Below, in pieces: positions 37,687-43,615 of a stretch of DNA of 43,615 nt (position 1 is its first letter; each line of letters begins with the position of its first letter). Source of the stretch: Candidatus Bipolaricaulia bacterium (GTDB lineage: Bacteria; Bipolaricaulota; Bipolaricaulia; JBHIAT01); the NCBI GenBank assembly GCA_046758705.1, contig JBHIAT010000009.1:1-43615 (forward strand), in the 5' to 3' direction. A model generated the notes under the pieces. The model was not told the DNA's origin. It did no database searches and saw only the letters and a program-made list of their open reading frames with translations. A program made the position numbers and the translations under genes.

Positions 37687-37705
37687 GAGTAGAGAAGTAG
37701 TTAGG

Positions 37706-37745
37706 AAGGGGGAGGGCGCTCTAAGCGTCCTCCTCTTATTTTCTT
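37706..37745 (+). terminator. Hairpin after the SBP gene (partial terminator or 3' stabiliser)
   Basis: AAGGGGGAGGGCGCT-CTA-AGCGTCCTCCTCTT followed by a T-rich tract. Confidence 0.6.
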
Positions 37746-37794
37746 CTCTATTCTGGATTCTGGATCGTGAAGTACCTGATAGCTGGGGGTCCGA

Positions 37795-38715
37795 ATCCAA
37801 CGTTACCTGCTTTCACGTTTTGCCCAGTCGATCTTGGTTCTTTTCGGGGTCCTGATCCTGGTCTTCACCATGGTCCGTCTCACCGGCGACCCGGCGGCGT
37901 TGATGGTTTCACGCCAGGCCACTCCGGAGCAGATCGAAGCGTTTCGGGAGGCCATGGGCTTCAACCGTCCACTCCTCGTCCAGTTTGGGGATTTCATCAC
38001 TGGAGCGGTGAGGGGGGATTTCGGCAATTCGCTGCACTATCGAATACCGGCGATGCCCCTGATTCTGGAACGGCTGCCCGCGACGATCCAGTTGGCCAGC
38101 ATAGCACTGTTGATGGCGATGGTGATCGGCATCCCGTTAGGAGTGGTCGCCGGTTCCAATCCGGGCAGCATATGGGATTCGATTGCGCGGGGTCTGGGTC
38201 TGTTGGGCCAGAGCATCCCCAACTTCTGGCTCGCCCTACTGCTTATCACTTTCTTTGCAGTGAACCTGGGGTGGTTCCCGTCGTTTGGCCGGGACGAGCT
38301 GAAATCGGTGGTCTTGCCCGCGTTCGCGCTCAGCGTGTTTACCATGGGCCAGTTGGTCCGCTTGACACGCTCCGCCGTATTGGAAATCAGGGGGGAGGAC
38401 TACATTCGCACTGCCAACAGCAAAGGGTTGGCGGCCAGGAGGATCTACATCCGGCATGTGCTCAAGAATGCAGCCATCCCGTTGGTGAGCGTGCTGGGCG
38501 TCCAGTTCGGTTACCTGCTCAGCGGTTCCATCTATATCGAAACCATCTTTTCCTGGCCTGGCCTCGGCCGACTGCTGGCCGACTCGATCGGTGTGCGCGA
38601 TTTTCCACTGATACAGGCCATCGCCTTTTTCACCAGTGTGGTCGTCATCGCGTTGAGTTTGTTAACGGATGTTGCCTATGCTGTGATCGATCCACGCATC
38701 AGGTACGGGAGATAA
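37795..38715 (+). CDS. ABC permease, OppB/DppB-like (apparent ATC start)
   Basis: (I)QRYLLSRFAQSILVLFGV.., GDFGNSL, EDYIRTANSKGL, ETIFSWPGLG, DPRI. Confidence 0.9.
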   Translation: MQRYLLSRFAQSILVLFGVLILVFTMVRLTGDPAALMVSRQATPEQIEAFREAMGFNRPLLVQFGDFITGAVRGDFGNSLHYRIPAMPLILERLPATIQLASIALLMAMVIGIPLGVVAGSNPGSIWDSIARGLGLLGQSIPNFWLALLLITFFAVNLGWFPSFGRDELKSVVLPAFALSVFTMGQLVRLTRSAVLEIRGEDYIRTANSKGLAARRIYIRHVLKNAAIPLVSVLGVQFGYLLSGSIYIETIFSWPGLGRLLADSIGVRDFPLIQAIAFFTSVVVIALSLLTDVAYAVIDPRIRYGR

Positions 38716-38743
38716 GCCAGGAGTAAAGACAGGAGATAAACCC

Positions 38744-39670
38744 ATGGCTGAAGTCACAGATCCGCGCGATTCTGCATGGGAGGACATCGAAGAACGGGGT
38801 TTCCGATATCAGATGCGCTATGTGGGTCGGTTGCTTTTGCGCGATCGGTCCGGCATGCTGGGTCTGGCCCTGTTTCTGCTGGTGGTCATCGCAGCGGTCT
38901 TTGCCCCGTGGATCGCCCCACACGATCCGCTCAAACAGAGTTTACGCGTGGCCAAGCAGCCCCCCGCCTGGTCAGAAGGGGGCAGCTGGGAGTACCCGTT
39001 AGGGACCGATAATCTGGGTCGGGACCTGTGGAGTCGGATCATCTATGGCACGCGAGTCTCGTTGACCGTGGGCTTTTTCGGAGTTCTGATTGCCAGCAGC
39101 CTTGGCCTGGTCATAGGATTGGTCGCTGGTTATGCGGGCGGCCGAACCGACAGCATTATCATGGGCGGGGTCAATCTCGTGCTGGCGCTCCCTTATCTTC
39201 TGTTCGTCGTGTTTATCGCTGCAATTCTGGGACGGAGTCTGATCAACGTGATCCTGATTTTTGGCATCACCGATGCACCCGTCTTCGCGCGTGTGACGCG
39301 AGGCGAGGTGCTACACATGCGAGAATCCGGGTTCGTCGAATCGGCGAACAGCGTCGGCTTTCGCACAAGACATATCCTGTTCGATCACATCATGCCCAAT
39401 CTGATCGGCCCGTTGATCACCTTGGCGACCTTCGAGATGTCGGCCATGATCTTTTACGAAGCCGGGCTGGGCTTCCTCGGTCTGAGCGTGCCGCCCACGG
39501 TGCCCAGTTGGGGCAACATGCTGGCGAACGGTCGCAAATACCTGTCCATCTATCCCTGGATCGCCACCTTCCCCGGTCTGGCGATCGTATTCACCTCGCT
39601 GGGGATGAACTTGATGGGCGATTGGCTGCGCGATGTGCTTGACCCGCGTCTGCGACGATCCAGAAAGTGA
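38744..39670 (+). CDS. ABC permease, OppC/DppC-like
   Basis: LGTDNLGRD, EAGLGFLGL, PSWGNML, GDWLRDVLDPR. Confidence 0.95.
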   Translation: MAEVTDPRDSAWEDIEERGFRYQMRYVGRLLLRDRSGMLGLALFLLVVIAAVFAPWIAPHDPLKQSLRVAKQPPAWSEGGSWEYPLGTDNLGRDLWSRIIYGTRVSLTVGFFGVLIASSLGLVIGLVAGYAGGRTDSIIMGGVNLVLALPYLLFVVFIAAILGRSLINVILIFGITDAPVFARVTRGEVLHMRESGFVESANSVGFRTRHILFDHIMPNLIGPLITLATFEMSAMIFYEAGLGFLGLSVPPTVPSWGNMLANGRKYLSIYPWIATFPGLAIVFTSLGMNLMGDWLRDVLDPRLRRSRK

Positions 39671-39686
39671 TTGGAAAGTGACCGGA

Positions 39687-40700
39687 ATGCAGGTGCAACC
39701 CATTTTGCAGGTCAGAGACCTGATCACGCGCTTCGACACGCTGGACGGCGTTGTCCACGCAGTGAACGGGGTCAACTTCGACCTTGAAGAGAGCGAAACG
39801 CTGGCCATTGTGGGCGAAAGCGGGAGTGGCAAAAGCGTCACCGTGATGTCGTTGCTGGGTCTCATCCCTCAGCCGCCCGGTCAGATCGAGGAGGGTGAGG
39901 CGATCTTTTTCGACGGTTCTGCCGAGCGAGATCTGCTCCAACTGTCCCCGGCGGAAGTCCGTCAGGTTCGCGGCGGACAAATTGGCTTTATCTTCCAAGA
40001 TCCCTTGACTTCCCTGAACCCGGTGATGACGATCGGTCAGCAGATCGCCGAGTCCATCGTCGAGCATTTGGGGCTCAATCGTAGAGAAGCGCGCAAGCGC
40101 GCGGTCGAATCGCTTGAGCATGTGGGCATCCCCGGGGCTCAAGAGCGGTATAACAACTATCCGCACCAATTCTCTGGCGGGATGCGACAACGGGTGATGA
40201 TTGCCATCGCCATCGCTTGTACCCCGAAGATTGTGATCGCCGATGAGCCCACCACGGCCCTGGATGTCACCGTTCAGGCACAGATCGTCGACCTCATGTT
40301 ACGCCTGAGAGATGAACTTGGGGTGGCGGTGATTTGGATCACCCATGATTTGGGCGTCGTGGCCGGATTGGCCGATCGGGTCCTGGTGATGTACGGGGGC
40401 ACGGTCGTTGAACGCGCCCGCGTGGACGATCTGTATGAACGGCCCCAACATCCCTACACGCTGGGTTTGTTGGGCGCGCTGCCTCGTCTGGATGACACCG
40501 GGAAACGTCGACTGGTGAGCATCGAAGGCACGCCACCGGATCTATACGAGGAGCTGAGTCACTGCCCGTTCGCGACGCGCTGCCCCTACGCTTTTGAACG
40601 CTGTTGGCAGGAAGTTCCGCCGTTAATCTCGGTGGGAGAGCACCACGAAGCAGCCTGCTTCTACGACATCGATGCCGGGAGGTCCAGAGATGACGTCTGA
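39687..40700 (+). CDS. ABC ATP-binding protein, OppD/DppD-like
   Basis: [25 protein letters not shown]-terminal Cys cluster. Confidence 0.95.
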   Translation: MQVQPILQVRDLITRFDTLDGVVHAVNGVNFDLEESETLAIVGESGSGKSVTVMSLLGLIPQPPGQIEEGEAIFFDGSAERDLLQLSPAEVRQVRGGQIGFIFQDPLTSLNPVMTIGQQIAESIVEHLGLNRREARKRAVESLEHVGIPGAQERYNNYPHQFSGGMRQRVMIAIAIACTPKIVIADEPTTALDVTVQAQIVDLMLRLRDELGVAVIWITHDLGVVAGLADRVLVMYGGTVVERARVDDLYERPQHPYTLGLLGALPRLDDTGKRRLVSIEGTPPDLYEELSHCPFATRCPYAFERCWQEVPPLISVGEHHEAACFYDIDAGRSRDDV

Positions 40701-41718
40701 CGATTCCAAGGTCCTGGTCCGCGTCGAGAATTTAGAAAAGCACTTCCCGATCTTTCGGGGCGTGATCGTCAGTCGTAAGGTCGGTGCTGTCAAGGCGGTC
40801 GATGGTTTGTCATTTGAAATCAAGCAGGGGGAGACCCTGGGCCTGGTCGGTGAGAGCGGCTGTGGCAAATCGACCACCGGTCGGGCCATCCTGCAATTGC
40901 ATAAACCCACGGGAGGCCAGGTGTTCTTCGAGGATGTGGAGTTGACCACACTAGACTCCGAAGAGTTGCGCCAGTTGCGTCCGAAAATGCAGATGATCTT
41001 CCAGGACTCTTACGACTCTCTCAATCCGCGCCACTCGGTGGGCAAAATCATCGGCAAACCTATGGAGATCCATGATGTAGCAGATGGGAGTCAGATGAGA
41101 CAGCGGGTGGCAGAACTGCTTGAACTGGTGGGCCTCAACCCCGCACACTCCAAGTGGTTCCCCCACGAGTTCTCGGGGGGCCAGCGGCAGCGCATCAATA
41201 TCGCGCGTGCCCTAGCCCTCGATCCAGACTTTATCGTCTGTGACGAGCCGATCTCCGCCCTCGACGTCTCCATCCAAGCCCAGGTGGTCAATCTGCTCCA
41301 AGACCTCCAGAAGGAGTTCGGCTTAACCTACTTATTTATCGCCCACGACCTGAGCATGGTGCGCCACATCTCCAACCGGGTGGCGGTCATGTACCTGGGC
41401 AAGGTCATGGAACTGGCCGACCAGCACGATCTGTTTGAGGATCCACTCCATCCCTATACCCAGTCGCTGATGTCAGCCGTTCCATTGCCCGATCCCAAAG
41501 TCGAGAGGCAGCGCGAGCGGATTATTCTCAAAGGGGAGGTGCCCAGTCCGGCAACCCCCCCCAAGGCTTGCGTGTTCAATACCCGCTGCCCGCTAGTGCA
41601 GGAGGTATGCTTCCAAGTCGTGCCTGAGTATCGCCAAGTGCGACCCGGGCATTCTGTGGCGTGCCACCTCGTCGATTCTGGTCTGGGCAGCATTGGACAC
41701 TCCCCGTCGCTAAAGTGA
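40690..41718 (+). CDS. ABC ATP-binding protein, OppF/DppF-like
   Basis: [29 protein letters not shown]. Confidence 0.95.
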   Translation: MTSDDSKVLVRVENLEKHFPIFRGVIVSRKVGAVKAVDGLSFEIKQGETLGLVGESGCGKSTTGRAILQLHKPTGGQVFFEDVELTTLDSEELRQLRPKMQMIFQDSYDSLNPRHSVGKIIGKPMEIHDVADGSQMRQRVAELLELVGLNPAHSKWFPHEFSGGQRQRINIARALALDPDFIVCDEPISALDVSIQAQVVNLLQDLQKEFGLTYLFIAHDLSMVRHISNRVAVMYLGKVMELADQHDLFEDPLHPYTQSLMSAVPLPDPKVERQRERIILKGEVPSPATPPKACVFNTRCPLVQEVCFQVVPEYRQVRPGHSVACHLVDSGLGSIGHSPSLK

Positions 41719-41759
41719 ACGATACGCTCCCCATTACTCAACGCCTGAACAGAACTGGC

Positions 41760-41993
41760 TCAGATGAGCTGAGCGTGAACTGCGCGGATGGCTGCTTCAA
41801 CATCCTGGCGGTCCGCGACCGAATTGATGCGGTACTCGGCGTAGGCGGATCCACTCTCCAGTTCATGTTGGATCAGCTTCTTCATACGAGCCTTTGGCGG
41901 CAATTCAGAGAGTATAGATTCACCAAGCTTGCCCGAAATTGGCATTGTCACCGAGATGAGGTGGTGAGAGTTGTTTTCTATGCCTCCACCCAT
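41760..41993 (-). CDS. Possible small hypothetical protein downstream of hsdR
   Basis: 77-aa ORF overlapping the hsdR stop; no recognised motif. Confidence 0.3.
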   Translation of the reverse strand: MGGGIENNSHHLISVTMPISGKLGESILSELPPKARMKKLIQHELESGSAYAEYRINSVADRQDVEAAIRAVHAQLI

Positions 41994-43615
41994 TCCTTAC
42001 AAAGCACCTCAGCTTGTTCCAGAACCGTTTGTGTAGCCTTTTCTTGCTTGTCAGGGGGATAGCCGTATTTTCGAAGGATACGTTTAACTATTACCCGGAT
42101 CTTGGCGCGCGCATTTTCTCGAACAGACCAGTCGATGGATATGTTGCGTCGAACGGTGTCTACGAGCTCTTGCGCAATGGTTTTCAGCGTCTCATCCCCC
42201 AACACCTTTACGGCGCTGTCATTGACCTCAAGCGCGTCGTAAAAAGCAATCTCATCGTCGGTCAGGCCGAGTTCTTCACCTCGCTGATGTGCTTCACGCA
42301 TTTCCTTAGCCAACTTAATGAGTTCTTCGATGACCTGAGCAGCTTCGATTGCGCGATTCTGATACTTGCGTATGGATTTCTCCAGCATTTCTGCAAAGGA
42401 TCGTGCCTGAACAACATTCTTCCTAGATTTCGTTCTGATCTCATCGTTCAAGAGCTTCCTAAGCAATTCCACGGCAAGATTTTGATGTGGAAGTTGCCGA
42501 ACCTCCTGAAGAAAATCATCTGAAAGGATGGAGATATCGGGCTTTTTCAGGCCGGCCGACGCGAAGATATCAACAACCTCATCAGACGCAACAGCGCGTG
42601 AAACTAATTGTCGAATCGCAGAATCCATTTCTTCCGGTGTTTTCCCCTCACCCTCCACGGTTGCCTTAGCCAGACCGCTACGGACTTCTTGAAAGAAGCC
42701 GACTTCGTCTCGAATCTTGAGAGCGTCTTCGTGCGGCACAGATAGGGCAAAGGCCTGCGATAAAGCTGTCACCGCTGGGAGATAGCGTTTCTTTCCGCCC
42801 TCAAGCTGGAGGATATGTTCCATGGCTGCCGCAATACCGGCAATCCGTTCTGCAGGCTCTGCTTGAAGCAGGGAAGTATAATCGAATCCGTGGAACATTG
42901 AGACGACAATTTCATACTTCTCCAGCATGACTGCAACTGCTTCTTCCTGGTTGATCGCTGCTTCGCCACGGCCTCCAGCTTCGGTGTAGTCCGCCAAAGC
43001 CTGTTTAAGCTGATAAGCAAATCCAATGTAGTCCACAATTAACCCACCCGGCTTATCTTTGAACACACGATTTACACGGGCTATGGCCTGCATCAATCCG
43101 TGGCCCCTCATCGGCTTATCGATATACATTGTATGCAGCGGCGGACAATCGAAGCCGGTCAGCCACATGTCCCGCACAATAACCAACTTCATTGGATCAT
43201 CGGGATCTTTGAAGCGTTTGGCCAGGGCTTCACGCCGGAGTTTGTTACGAATGTGTGGTTGCCATTCGGAACGGTCCGATGCTGATCCGTACATCACAAT
43301 CTTCAGCACGCCTTTGTCGTCATCATCACTGTGCCAGTCGGGCCTGAGTTTTATGATAGCGTTGTACATATCGACACAGATGCGGCGGCTCATGCAGACA
43401 ATCATGGCTTTTCCGTCCATAGCCTCAAGCCGTCCCTCAAAATGATTCACCAGATCTTCTGCCACAAGAGCAATGCGTTTACCCGTGCCAACCATAGCTT
43501 CAAGCGCAGCCCATTTGGTCCGGAGTTTTTGCTTTTCAGACTCTTCTTCACCTTCCGTGATCTCTTCGAACTCCGGGTCAATTTTAGGTTTTTCCTCTTC
43601 AAGTAACTCTATCTT
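41978..43615 (-). CDS. hsdR: Type I restriction endonuclease subunit R, C-terminal part (helicase C-term plus DUF3387); 5' end beyond the window
   Basis: Open frame to the edge; [55 protein letters not shown]. Confidence 0.96.
   Translation of the reverse strand, partial: KIELLEEEKPKIDPEFEEITEGEEESEKQKLRTKWAALEAMVGTGKRIALVAEDLVNHFEGRLEAMDGKAMIVCMSRRICVDMYNAIIKLRPDWHSDDDDKGVLKIVMYGSASDRSEWQPHIRNKLRREALAKRFKDPDDPMKLVIVRDMWLTGFDCPPLHTMYIDKPMRGHGLMQAIARVNRVFKDKPGGLIVDYIGFAYQLKQALADYTEAGGRGEAAINQEEAVAVMLEKYEIVVSMFHGFDYTSLLQAEPAERIAGIAAAMEHILQLEGGKKRYLPAVTALSQAFALSVPHEDALKIRDEVGFFQEVRSGLAKATVEGEGKTPEEMDSAIRQLVSRAVASDEVVDIFASAGLKKPDISILSDDFLQEVRQLPHQNLAVELLRKLLNDEIRTKSRKNVVQARSFAEMLEKSIRKYQNRAIEAAQVIEELIKLAKEMREAHQRGEELGLTDDEIAFYDALEVNDSAVKVLGDETLKTIAQELVDTVRRNISIDWSVRENARAKIRVIVKRILRKYGYPPDKQEKATQTVLEQAEVLCKEWVEA

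Overview
Bacterial DNA, GC-rich by eye and probably from a diderm organism (outer-membrane beta-barrel and CsgG-like genes); the lineage cannot be fixed from sequence alone. The left part (1-19.4 kb) holds envelope and signalling genes: a PorV-like barrel, an oversized ECF-sigma-like protein with a zinc anti-sigma-like partner, a degenerate GAF-GAF-HD-GYP protein, a SigA-like sigma with altered -10 recognition residues, a tandem duplication of CsgG/FlgO-like genes with different C-termini, an LPP20 lipoprotein, a rhomboid protease and PspC/LiaF-like genes. It also holds an aromatic amino-acid cluster (CM-aroF-tyrA-aroA-aroC), an NDP-sugar synthase, and a ~386-bp nuclease-less IS200/IS605-type HEARO/omega-RNA-like element inserted directly before that gene's start codon. 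The right part (19.5-41.7 kb) is a ~22 kb catabolic island. In it the aminophosphonate core phnW-phnX-pbfA is embedded among two DmdA-like THF-dependent demethylases (plus a third remnant), two dimethylglycine/sarcosine-dehydrogenase-like flavoproteins, EtfAB, an amidohydrolase-fold/Rieske pair resembling dimetal oxygenases, a HutC/PhnF-type regulator with a perfect operator, a frameshifted core MetE-like gene and a peptide-type ABC importer. This is the best candidate for an undescribed system: stepwise N-demethylation and catabolism of N-methylated 2-aminoethylphosphonates. The window ends inside a type I restriction hsdR gene. All assignments come from motif recognition by eye; no database searches were run.
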